Under the pieces are notes generated by a model. That model saw only the letters and a program-made list of their open reading frames with translations, was not told where the DNA came from and did no database searches. From positions 1 to 16,981 of the forward strand of contig JAVZLM010000013.1 in the NCBI GenBank assembly GCA_038883775.1: 16,981 nt of DNA, written 5' to 3'. Position numbers and translations under genes: made by a program. Shown here piece after piece: positions 9,059 through 16,077 of this stretch (positions within the stretch are counted from its first letter, which is position 1; each line of letters opens with the position of its first letter). Source of the DNA: Candidatus Bathyarchaeia archaeon (GTDB taxonomy: Archaea; Thermoproteota; Bathyarchaeia; Bathyarchaeales; Bathycorpusculaceae).

Positions 9059-9661
9059 ATGAAAATTTTGGGCATTTCAGGCTCAAATAGGAAGGATGGC
9101 AACTCATATTTTCTTCTTAAAGAAATGCTTGAAGGCATCTCTCCAATTGAGACGAAAATTGTTCAGGTTGGAGAGTTAAATATCAAGCCTTGTGAGCTTT
9201 GTTTCGAATCTTGCGCCGTAAAGCCCTTTGAATGTGCAATTAAGGATGATTTTCATGTATTATTTGAGGAAATGAAATCTGCAAATGGCATAATCTTCGC
9301 TTGCCCATTCTATTTTTATATCCCATCAAAATTTCAATCAATCCTAGAAAGAATTAGCTGTTTGGACTATTTCACACAGAAGAATCATGGAGAAGGGCAC
9401 AATCCATTAGCTGGCAAACCGTGCCTTCTCATAGCGGTTTCGGCTTCGGGCAGCAGTTTTAACGCTTTCTAAATTCTCCATCACTTGCAAGAGTTTGCCT
9501 TAATGCTTCGCATGAAACCCATAACCATCGATTCTTGGCCGTTTATTGGGTTTTCTGCAAAAACTGGAGAAATGGAGAAAGGCGCAATTCTAAAGGAGAA
9601 GGAAGTTGTAAAGCAAGCTAAAGAATTGGTGCCGCTATTAATAAGAAAGATTAGAAAATAA
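9059..9661 (+). pseudogene. flavodoxin-family / iron-sulfur flavoprotein (NADPH-dependent FMN reductase-like) interrupted by in-frame TAA at 9470-9472
   Basis: MKILGISGSNRKDGNS, PCELCFESC...CAIKDD and ACPFYF motifs. The same frame continues after the TAA for 62 codons (ILHHLQEFALMLRMKP...KQAKELVPLLIRKIRK) to TAA 9659-9661, giving a normal ~200-aa length. Confidence 0.8.
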
Positions 9662-9664
9662 CTT

Positions 9665-10135
9665 TTAACGGATTAAGAAGGTTATTTCTTTCACGAGGGT
9701 TTCTGGAATTATTGCTCTTCCCTTTCGCTTATTTAGTTTAACAAAGCCGAATTTGCTTAGCACTTTTAGGTCTTGGTAAACGTTTTTCACGTTTCGCCTC
9801 ACTTTTTGGGCTAAATCGTTTATTGACTCCACCCTTAAAGTGGCAAGTTGATGCAGCAATTCCATCCTTTTAGGCGTCAACAAAGCCGCCTGTTCAGGCT
9901 TAAAATTTCTTATTTCTTCAACCACATAGTCAACGGTTCCTTCTTCCATGTAAACCTTATAACTATCTACAAGCTCCGCCCACTCAAAATAAGCTCTTAC
10001 ATTTTTGGCGTCCAACTTTTGTCTTAAAAAGAGTTCCTCAAACTTTTCGAAGCCCATGCCAAACTCTTTCTCAAACTTTCTAATCTTTTCCAATATTTCT
10101 TCAGAGGTTAAGTTTCGAACAATTTTTAGAAACAT
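9665..10135 (-). CDS. HTH transcriptional regulator / antitoxin-like protein (HVO_A0114/COG4190-like C-terminus)
   Basis: LLTPKRMELL...ESINDLAQKVRRNVKNVYQDLKVLSKFGFV is a winged-HTH pattern. Confidence 0.7.
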   Translation of the reverse strand: MFLKIVRNLTSEEILEKIRKFEKEFGMGFEKFEELFLRQKLDAKNVRAYFEWAELVDSYKVYMEEGTVDYVVEEIRNFKPEQAALLTPKRMELLHQLATLRVESINDLAQKVRRNVKNVYQDLKVLSKFGFVKLNKRKGRAIIPETLVKEITFLIR

Positions 10136-10249
10136 GAAGGTTCACAATTAAAAGATATACTCATTTGCTTAAAATGTTCACTATGGAAATACTTAAGGCA
10201 ACGAATGTACACTTTAAAATTCCATTTAAAATTATGAGTTGAAGGAAAA

Positions 10250-11167
10250 ATGCCAACAAAAATTGGAGAAAACCTCTATCTTATCGACGTCCAAGCTGGC
10301 GGAGTCAAGAATTTTATCGCCAGCTATGTCCTTAAAGGAGAGAAAGTGGCAATAATTGAAACAGGTCCCACTTCTTCTGTGCCAAATTTGCTTTCAGAGT
10401 TAAAGGGACTTAATGTAAAGCCTGAAGACGTAGCTTACGTAGCTGTCTCTCACATACACCTTGACCATGGAGGTGGTGTTGGAACACTACTAAAATTTTT
10501 GCCAAAAGCCAAAGTAATTGTCCACCTAAGGGCAGCACCTCATCTGGCGAACCCGGAAAAACTTTGGCAACAATCAAAAGCAGTCCTTAAGGACATAGCC
10601 GAAATTTATGGCGAACCAGAACCAGTTCCTGAAGAAAGGATTATTGCTGCAACGGATGGGATGACTTTTGATGTTGGGAATGATGTCAAACTAAGGGTTG
10701 TGGAGACTTTGGGGCATGCTTCCCATCATCAAAGCTATTATGAACCATCCAGCGAGAGTCTTTTTCCAGGGGATGCTGCGGGCATTTATTTAAGCGAAAT
10801 TGACGCAATTGTGCCTACTACGCCTTCTCCTTTTCGTTTAGATATAGCATTAACCTCTTTGGATAAGTTGATGAGCCTAAAACCTAAAACGCTATATTAC
10901 ACTCACTTTGGCAAAGCAAGCAACCCCCCAGAAAAACTTCAGGCATATTCGCAGCAGCTGAAACTTTGGGCAAAAATTGTAAAGCAAAGCTTAGAAAGTG
11001 GGGAAAATTTGGAAATGATAAGCGAGCGAATAATAAAGAGCGATAGGTCAGTTCAGAGGGCTTTTGAACACATTCGGGTTCATCCAGTTTTAAACCAAAC
11101 AGTGTTTAACGAAAGTTTGCGCGGTTTCATGAATTTTGTAGAGAAATTTGGCTGGAACCAACCTTAA
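10250..11167 (+). CDS. MBL-fold metallo-hydrolase
   Basis: IETGP, SHIHLDHGGG, GHASHH, FPGDAAG and THFG motifs. Confidence 0.92.
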   Translation: MPTKIGENLYLIDVQAGGVKNFIASYVLKGEKVAIIETGPTSSVPNLLSELKGLNVKPEDVAYVAVSHIHLDHGGGVGTLLKFLPKAKVIVHLRAAPHLANPEKLWQQSKAVLKDIAEIYGEPEPVPEERIIAATDGMTFDVGNDVKLRVVETLGHASHHQSYYEPSSESLFPGDAAGIYLSEIDAIVPTTPSPFRLDIALTSLDKLMSLKPKTLYYTHFGKASNPPEKLQAYSQQLKLWAKIVKQSLESGENLEMISERIIKSDRSVQRAFEHIRVHPVLNQTVFNESLRGFMNFVEKFGWNQP

Positions 11168-11234
11168 TTGTTTTGGTGTAAACGCCAAAATTGTTTATAT
11201 TCCAGCCACAATATTCGTATAAACTGGTGAAAAA

Positions 11235-12713
11235 ATGGGAGAAGAAGAAAGCCGTCCCCCTCCAGAAAAGGTTCCATTAGAAAAAATAGACAATTACACA
11301 TGGCGCATACCAAAATACAAACCAGGCATGCGGGTTCCAGGAATAATCTTTGCCAATGGCGAGTTATTGGAGAAAATGCAGACGGATAGAACGCTTTGGC
11401 AATGCGCAAACGTTGCCCATTTACCAGGCATATACAAATACTCTATAACCCTTCCAGACGGGCATGAAGGTTATGGTTTCCCAATAGGCGGAGTAGCCGC
11501 AACAGACTACGAAGAAGGAGTAATCAGCCCAGGCGGGGTGGGTTACGACATAAACTGCGGGGTTCGCCTATTAACAACAAACCTTTCAGAACAAGACATA
11601 CGCCCAAAACTCGCCCAACTAACAAACACAATTTTTGAAAATGTTCCATGCGGGCTTGGAAGTCGCAGAAAGGATTTTAAAGCCACAGCCCACGACCTGG
11701 AAAGGCTTGTTACGGAGGGAGTTCAATGGGTCATCGATCAAGGACTGGGCTGGTCTGAGGATGCTGAACACTGCGAAGAGCGTGGGTGCATGAAAAATGC
11801 GAATCCGGACAAAGTTTCAACAACCGCCAAAAACCGAGGCGTAACACAGATTGGCACTTTAGGCTCAGGAAACCACTTCCTAGAAATTCAAAAAGTAGAC
11901 AAAATCTACGACGCCAAAACCGCTAAAATCTTCGGAATAGAACATGAAGGACAAGTAACAGTTATGATTCACTGCGGCTCCAGAGGCTTCGGCCATCAAA
12001 TATGTTCAGATTATTTGAGGGTTATGGAAAGAGCTGTGCACAAATACAAGATAGTTTTGCCAGACCGAGAACTTGCATGTGCCCCGGGAAAAAGCAATGA
12101 AGCGGAAGACTATTATCAGGCGATGGCTTGCGCTGTTAATTATGCCTTTGCTAATCGTCAAGCCATAATGCATTGGGTTAGACAAAGCTTTCAACAAGTT
12201 TTTAAAGAAGACCCAGAAAGGTTTGGTTTAAAACTTGTCTATGACGTAGCTCATAACATTGCAAAAATAGAAGAGCATAGAATTAATGGAGAGAAAAAGA
12301 AGGTTTGGGTTCACAGAAAAGGTGCAACAAGAGCCTTCCCAAAAGGGCATCCAGAAATTCCAGCTGATTATGCTTCAGTGGGTCAGCCCGTGCTTATTCC
12401 TGGTAGCATGGGGACAAGCTCTTGGCTCTTGGTGGGTACTGAAAAAGCCATGCAAATAAGTTTCGGCTCCACAGCCCACGGCGCTGGGAGAATGCTAAGC
12501 AGAAATGCTGCCAAAAGGAGATTCTGGGGTGGAGACGTGAAAAAGGCTTTGGAGCAGCGAGGAATCTTTGTTAGGTCTGAAAGTTCTGTTGTTTTGGCTG
12601 AGGAGGCAGATCCAGCCTACAAAAACGTTGACATAGTTGCAGATGTGAGCGATAAGGTTGGAATAGCCACAAAAGTTGCGAGATTTGTTCCAATAGCTGT
12701 GGTAAAGGGCTAA
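11235..12713 (+). CDS. rtcB: tRNA-splicing ligase RtcB
   Basis: PDGHEGYGFPIGG, GYDINCG, GTLGSGNHF, HCGSRG, HN, HRKGAT, PGSMG, HGAGR, EEADPAYK and terminal VVKG motifs. Confidence 0.97.
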   Translation: MGEEESRPPPEKVPLEKIDNYTWRIPKYKPGMRVPGIIFANGELLEKMQTDRTLWQCANVAHLPGIYKYSITLPDGHEGYGFPIGGVAATDYEEGVISPGGVGYDINCGVRLLTTNLSEQDIRPKLAQLTNTIFENVPCGLGSRRKDFKATAHDLERLVTEGVQWVIDQGLGWSEDAEHCEERGCMKNANPDKVSTTAKNRGVTQIGTLGSGNHFLEIQKVDKIYDAKTAKIFGIEHEGQVTVMIHCGSRGFGHQICSDYLRVMERAVHKYKIVLPDRELACAPGKSNEAEDYYQAMACAVNYAFANRQAIMHWVRQSFQQVFKEDPERFGLKLVYDVAHNIAKIEEHRINGEKKKVWVHRKGATRAFPKGHPEIPADYASVGQPVLIPGSMGTSSWLLVGTEKAMQISFGSTAHGAGRMLSRNAAKRRFWGGDVKKALEQRGIFVRSESSVVLAEEADPAYKNVDIVADVSDKVGIATKVARFVPIAVVKG

Positions 12714-12716
12714 GCG

Positions 12717-13115
12717 CTAAGCTTTCTTTTTCCTTGTTTTTAGTTCTTGTTCTCTGTAGCCTTGTTCAGAATTTAGTTTCTTTTGGATTTTTATTCTCTT
12801 TTCTTCCACGGAATGCGCCTTATGTATTTCCTTCATGTACCATCCTCTTTCCCTGGCGTAATGAACGCTAACAATAATTCCAGCTAAGAGTAAAACCAAA
12901 CCAACAGATGTTAAAGTTAAACCTAAAAGGCTGTATGGATGTGATGTTAGATGGTATGGAATTATCAAAAGCCACTCTGGATTCTCAACTTTTATAACTG
13001 TTTCAAGCAGTCCGCCAACAAAAAATATGGAGCCTATTATAATTATTAAATATCCAACAGTTTCATTATGTCTCGATTCTTCCGCCTTTTCATGCAAGTA
13101 TTCGCTAAAAAGCAT
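12717..13115 (-). CDS. hypothetical two-TM membrane protein
   Basis: ATG start, two hydrophobic segments and a charged C-terminal tail. Fits neatly between neighbours. Confidence 0.7.
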   Translation of the reverse strand: MLFSEYLHEKAEESRHNETVGYLIIIIGSIFFVGGLLETVIKVENPEWLLIIPYHLTSHPYSLLGLTLTSVGLVLLLAGIIVSVHYARERGWYMKEIHKAHSVEEKRIKIQKKLNSEQGYREQELKTRKKKA

Positions 13116-13237
13116 AAAAATTCACGATTTGAGCAGCAACATGGTTGTCTATAAACTTTATTGCAATTTCCGAATAGCTTTATAACAAAAGCCTCAAATA
13201 GTTATTAAACAACGCCTCGCGTTTACATGTGGTTTGG

Positions 13238-13906
13238 ATGCCGTTAAAAGACGAATGTGGCATATGCGGCAGAGTTCTTCCTTACGCCTACCTTAGACGC
13301 TGTCAAAGGTGTGGAAAACTTTTCTGCAAAGATTGCATGGTCCCGGATGTTTCAACCGGCGACCGCACAAAAATGCTGTGCCTTCACTGTGCAAGAAAAA
13401 TTGTTTCTCCAAAATCGACCACAAAATATGGAGCACTCACCAACTATCTAAAATTCAGGGCAGCCTTCACCAATACCGTTAAGCTTTCCCTTGCCGAAAT
13501 AGATGGAATAATAAAAGATAACTTGCCCATAAACGCCTATAAAAACGAGGAATGGTGGAACAACCCAACCAACGCCCATGCCAAGGCTTGGATAGACGCT
13601 GGATGGAAAGTGCAAAAGATAAATTTGAAAGAAGGCTACGTGATCTTCCAAAAAGTAAAGAAAATACAAGCAGAGGGTTTTAAGAAAAAGGCTGAAGGCA
13701 AAGAAACCAAAAAGCCCTTCACACCTGTTCCTGCGCGTTTTCCAAAAAGCAAAAAACCATCAAAAACAAAAGTTTCAAAACTCTACGCCAGACTCAAAAA
13801 CATAGAAAGACAAAAAACTGCCATGCCTCTATACCCTGGCAGTTTTAAACAAAAACCAACACATGAAAAGAAGCTATTCAAGCCGGAAAAGAAACCACAA
13901 GTATAA
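13238..13906 (+). CDS. Zn-finger protein with DUF7662-like domain and Lys/Pro-rich tail
   Basis: Four CxxC pairs (CGIC, CQRC, CKDC, CLHC), then KYGALTNYL...LAEIDGII...LP...WWNN...AKAWIDAGWKV. The DUF7662-like assignment is from memory and unverified. Confidence 0.7.
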   Translation: MPLKDECGICGRVLPYAYLRRCQRCGKLFCKDCMVPDVSTGDRTKMLCLHCARKIVSPKSTTKYGALTNYLKFRAAFTNTVKLSLAEIDGIIKDNLPINAYKNEEWWNNPTNAHAKAWIDAGWKVQKINLKEGYVIFQKVKKIQAEGFKKKAEGKETKKPFTPVPARFPKSKKPSKTKVSKLYARLKNIERQKTAMPLYPGSFKQKPTHEKKLFKPEKKPQV

Positions 13907-13919
13907 AAAGAAATTTTAT

Positions 13920-14243
13920 CTATACCCATTCTAAATATCCAATTAGAAGCAATTGCGGTCGTCGTCTAGTCTGGTTAGGACACAAGCCTTCCAAGCTTGC
14001 GATCCCGGGTTCAAATCCCGGCGACCGCACCATAGAACTTTCTCTTTTTGGTAAAAGAGAACCTTCACTAAGAGAAAATCCATTTTTAGAATTGTTTTGT
14101 TGTCGTATTTGGTTTTGGATTTGTTCTATTCCTTTTAGGTAGAAATGAAGTAGGTTTTCAACTGTTCTGCTTAAGCTAAGTCCGTATTGTTCTGCTTTTT
14201 CTAAAAGCTCTTTTTCTATGCGTATTGTTGTAACTGCTTTCAT
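13920..14243 (-). CDS. integrase N-terminal fragment Int(N) with RHH/CcdA-like head, overlapping tRNA-Gly antisense
   Basis: ATG 14243 with GGTGAG RBS. MKAVTTIRIEKELLEKAEQYGLSLSRTVENLL is RHH-like. The frame enters the tRNA 3' end as MVRSPGFEPG, as expected for an att site embedded in an integrase gene. Confidence 0.75.
   Translation of the reverse strand: MKAVTTIRIEKELLEKAEQYGLSLSRTVENLLHFYLKGIEQIQNQIRQQNNSKNGFSLSEGSLLPKRESSMVRSPGFEPGIASLEGLCPNQTRRRPQLLLIGYLEWV
13955..14032 (+). tRNA. tRNA-Gly (anticodon TCC), intronless, encoded CCA
   Basis: Acceptor stem GCGGTCG/CGACCGC, D-arm GTCTAGTCTGGTTAGGAC, anticodon arm CAAGC-CTTCCAA-GCTTG (TCC at 13990-13992), T-arm CCGGG-TTCAAAT-CCCGG, then ACCA. 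Confidence 0.97.
14035..14066. repeat. inverted repeat/hairpin immediately downstream of tRNA
   Basis: TTCTCTTTT (14040-14048) - TGGT - AAAAGAGAA (14053-14061), extendable by GAA/TTC after a 2x2 mismatch. Confidence 0.6.
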
Positions 14244-14275
14244 AAGCTCACCATATATCAACTGATATACATTAG

Positions 14276-14431
14276 CTACTCTTTCTTTTCCGTTTCTATG
14301 AGTTTTGATATTGCGTATTCTATGGCATGACTTCTATTCGCAAACTTAAGTTTCTGCACCTGCTCATCTATCCATTTAACGAAGTCTTCTCTTATGGTTA
14401 CGTAAACTCTTATTTTTGGCATTTCAACCAT
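14276..14431 (-). CDS. CopG/ribbon-helix-helix DNA-binding protein
   Basis: MVEMPKIRVYVTIREDFVKWIDEQVQKLKFANRSHAIEYAISKL: alternating beta strand plus NRSHAI helix. GGAAGTGA RBS-like motif before ATG 14431. Confidence 0.85.
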   Translation of the reverse strand: MVEMPKIRVYVTIREDFVKWIDEQVQKLKFANRSHAIEYAISKLIETEKKE

Positions 14432-14466
14432 GTTTATTTTCACTTCCTTTATGAGTATTTTATCCA

Positions 14467-14503
14467 CAACTATACTCAACTATACACAAATCTTATAAGA
14501 TTT
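14467..14503. promoter_or_regulatory. palindromic TATA-containing site plus tandem operator-like repeats
   Basis: Perfect 16-bp palindrome AAATCTTATAAGATTT (14488-14503) centred on TTATAA. CAACTATAC occurs at 14467 and 14477 (10-bp period). The site lies between divergent ORFs. Confidence 0.6.
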
Positions 14504-14545
14504 TCCATTTACATAATAGGATTTGCCTTTAAGGTGAGTGAGAAA

Positions 14546-14650
14546 ATGGAAAGCGAAAGCGTTTTCAAAACTGTTGATTTTGGCATCATAGACTTTGGCG
14601 AGGGAGATGCTGAAATAACAAGTATAGTGGTCAATGAAGCAGTTGCATAA
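14546..14650 (+). CDS. putative 34-aa acidic peptide
   Basis: AAGGTGAGTGAG RBS, then ATG: MESESVFKTVDFGIIDFGEGDAEITSIVVNEAVA. Confidence 0.4.
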   Translation: MESESVFKTVDFGIIDFGEGDAEITSIVVNEAVA

Positions 14651-14795
14651 AGCATGAACGATGATAATACCGTTTGCTTGTCTTAACGACAACTTCGCCC
14701 TTCTGGATTTCTTTGCCACAAACAGAACATTCAATTTTATGGTTTAATTTTCTGTTAAGATGACTTTGCATTAACCTAAACTGTTCCATACGCAT
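14631..14795 (-). CDS. 54-aa zinc-finger microprotein (CxxC...HxxC)
   Basis: Manual translation MRMEQFRLMQSHLNRKLNHKIECSVCGKEIQKGEVVVKTSKRYYHRSCFMQLLH. It is below the ORF-track length cutoff and directly follows the 133-aa ORF on the same strand. Confidence 0.7.
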   Translation of the reverse strand: MRMEQFRLMQSHLNRKLNHKIECSVCGKEIQKGEVVVKTSKRYYHRSCFMQLLH

Positions 14796-14821
14796 CTATG
14801 TTTAAAGAAACCATGAAAAGT

Positions 14822-15223
14822 TTAAATATTTTCATTGAGAAATTCTTTAATCATATCATCCTTATTCAAAGGTTCAAACATATTATACCATTCTCTAAGT
14901 GAGTGATGTTCTATTATTTTGGATTGTGATGTAATAATTTGTTTGTCTGGAATGATGATTATAGCTCTGTTAAAGAGGTGATTTGGTTTAAACCTTAGAT
15001 ATTGGTAAAATTCGTGTTCTCTTTTTGGGTGGCAATAGAATCCTGGTAATGGCAATTTTTTAAGAGGTAAATGTTTGAGGTGTCTATGAATTATTATTCT
15101 AAAGCTGTTTCGGTCTGGATATTGTTTTTCAAAGTCTGAATAAATTACGTCTATTAATTCTTTGGGAGTGCCAAAGCTAAACATGTCAAAAAATTTGATT
15201 ATGGCAATGTCAATGTCATCCAT
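14822..15223 (-). CDS. hypothetical protein, possible N-terminal winged helix
   Basis: 133-aa ORF with ATG start. MDDIDIAIIKFF...TPKELIDVI...IIIHRHLKHL loosely resembles a wHTH. Confidence 0.6.
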   Translation of the reverse strand: MDDIDIAIIKFFDMFSFGTPKELIDVIYSDFEKQYPDRNSFRIIIHRHLKHLPLKKLPLPGFYCHPKREHEFYQYLRFKPNHLFNRAIIIIPDKQIITSQSKIIEHHSLREWYNMFEPLNKDDMIKEFLNENI

Positions 15224-15239
15224 TGTTACATCTGTAACA
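15224..15239. promoter_or_regulatory. inverted repeat operator candidate TGTTACA-TC-TGTAACA
   Basis: Perfect 7-bp arms abutting the ATG of 14822..15223, in the 64-bp divergent spacer before an RHH gene. Confidence 0.5.
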
Positions 15240-15287
15240 TATCAGACTTTATGACAATTTAAGACTTGTTGACAAAGGTGTGTTAAA

Positions 15288-15446
15288 ATGCAAAAAGTAA
15301 GAATAAGCGTGAGAATTGATGGAGAAGATTTCCAGAGAATCCAGGAAACCATAAAGAAAGCATATCCAACTTTACGGTCTATTTCAGACGTTATCCGTGC
15401 CTCTTTGAAAGAATTTCTTAAAAAGTATGAGGAGGGGTGTGTGTGA
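15288..15446 (+). CDS. ribbon-helix-helix DNA-binding protein (52 aa)
   Basis: Manual translation MQKVRISVRIDGEDFQRIQETIKKAYPTLRSISDVIRASLKEFLKKYEEGCV. AAGGTG RBS. Classic RHH pattern (RISVRI...SISDVIRASL). Confidence 0.85.
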   Translation: MQKVRISVRIDGEDFQRIQETIKKAYPTLRSISDVIRASLKEFLKKYEEGCV

Positions 15447-15626
15447 GTGTGTGTGTATTGTCTTTGTTCTTTTCTTCTTTCTTCTTTACTCATCATACTC
15501 ATATACTCATACATACACACATACACACCCCTTCATTAATGAATAGACTCTCCGAAACTGAAGACTCCGAAGCTGGAAGCTCTGCAACTTCTCTGATAAT
15601 ACACACACTCACACATACACACACCC
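15434..15626. repeat. (GT)n/(CA)n imperfect inverted-repeat region with internal short repeats and palindrome
   Basis: GGGGTGTGTGTGAGTGTGTGTGTATT (15434-15459) is complementary to ATACATACACACATACACACCCC (15509-15531) and AATACACACACTCACACATACACACACCC (15598-15626). Also TACTCAT x3, palindrome TTCATTAATGAA (15532-15543) and CTCCGAARCTG x2. Confidence 0.85.
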
Positions 15627-15641
15627 TGAAAGGTGATGTTC

Positions 15642-15881
15642 ATGGTTAGACGTGACGGAGCAGAAATAAGAAAAGAAAGAATCCAGGAAGTTGTCAAAAG
15701 AGTAGTAAGTTTACTGTTCAATAATGATGAGATAGAGCTGGAATCCACAATTGCATTGTTGGAATATGAAACGGGGTTAACTCCAGAAAAAATAATGGAA
15801 TATTTGGATATTGGAGAACGTCTTAAACGGTTTGAGGTTGACATTGACAAAGACAGAATCAGAAAAATAAAAGAAAGCTGA
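15642..15881 (+). CDS. 79-aa hypothetical protein, possible winged-helix DNA-binding
   Basis: AGGTGA RBS before ATG 15642. LLEYETGLTPEKIMEYLDIGERLKRFEVD resembles an HTH plus wing. Confidence 0.7.
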   Translation: MVRRDGAEIRKERIQEVVKRVVSLLFNNDEIELESTIALLEYETGLTPEKIMEYLDIGERLKRFEVDIDKDRIRKIKES

Positions 15882-15886
15882 TTCCA

Positions 15887-15979
15887 ATGGATACTGAAAC
15901 TTTGATTATTGCCGTCTTATGTTTTATAATCGGTTTCTTATTGCGTGATAAAATCGTTAATTGGAGAACCAAAAAATGA
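15887..15979 (+). CDS. 30-aa single-TM peptide
   Basis: MDTETLIIAVLCFIIGFLLRDKIVNWRTKK. Starts 5 nt after the previous stop, and its TGA overlaps the next ATG (ATGA). Confidence 0.6.
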   Translation: MDTETLIIAVLCFIIGFLLRDKIVNWRTKK

Positions 15980-16077
15980 GTGTTGAAGCGTGGTTCTGGT
16001 TTGTTGTTGGAATCGGTTTCGGGTGGAGTTTGTGTTTGCTGGTTCAGTTATTGTTTGGTGATGGAAATGAAGACTAA
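15976..16077 (+). CDS. 33-aa single-TM peptide
   Basis: MSVEAWFWFVVGIGFGWSLCLLVQLLFGDGNED. ATGA-coupled to the upstream ORF, with GGAG upstream. Confidence 0.6.
   Translation: MSVEAWFWFVVGIGFGWSLCLLVQLLFGDGNED

Noticed and set aside
9470-9472. Possible selenocysteine or pyrrolysine recoding of the internal stop
   Set aside because: The codon is TAA, not TGA or TAG, and TAA is used as a normal stop throughout the window.
13955-14032. Intron or split tRNA, given nearby rtcB and archease
   Set aside because: The cloverleaf is complete and continuous, with no bulge-helix-bulge insertion.
14327-14734. Track ORFs 14327..14650 (full length) and 14480..14734
   Set aside because: They overlap the RHH gene, the promoter palindrome and the Zn-finger ORF. 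Only the RBS-preceded 14546..14650 portion is retained.
15434-15626. Repeat region as a CRISPR array, and ORFs 15242..15526, 15437..15649 and 15536..15850 as genes
   Set aside because: There is no constant repeat-spacer periodicity. Those ORFs translate low-complexity repeats (THTHTH, CVCV) or are antisense to better-supported genes.
15980-16066. 5' extension of track ORF 15980..16264
   Set aside because: This stretch is better explained by the coupled 33-aa ORF in another frame. The RBS supports a start at 16067.
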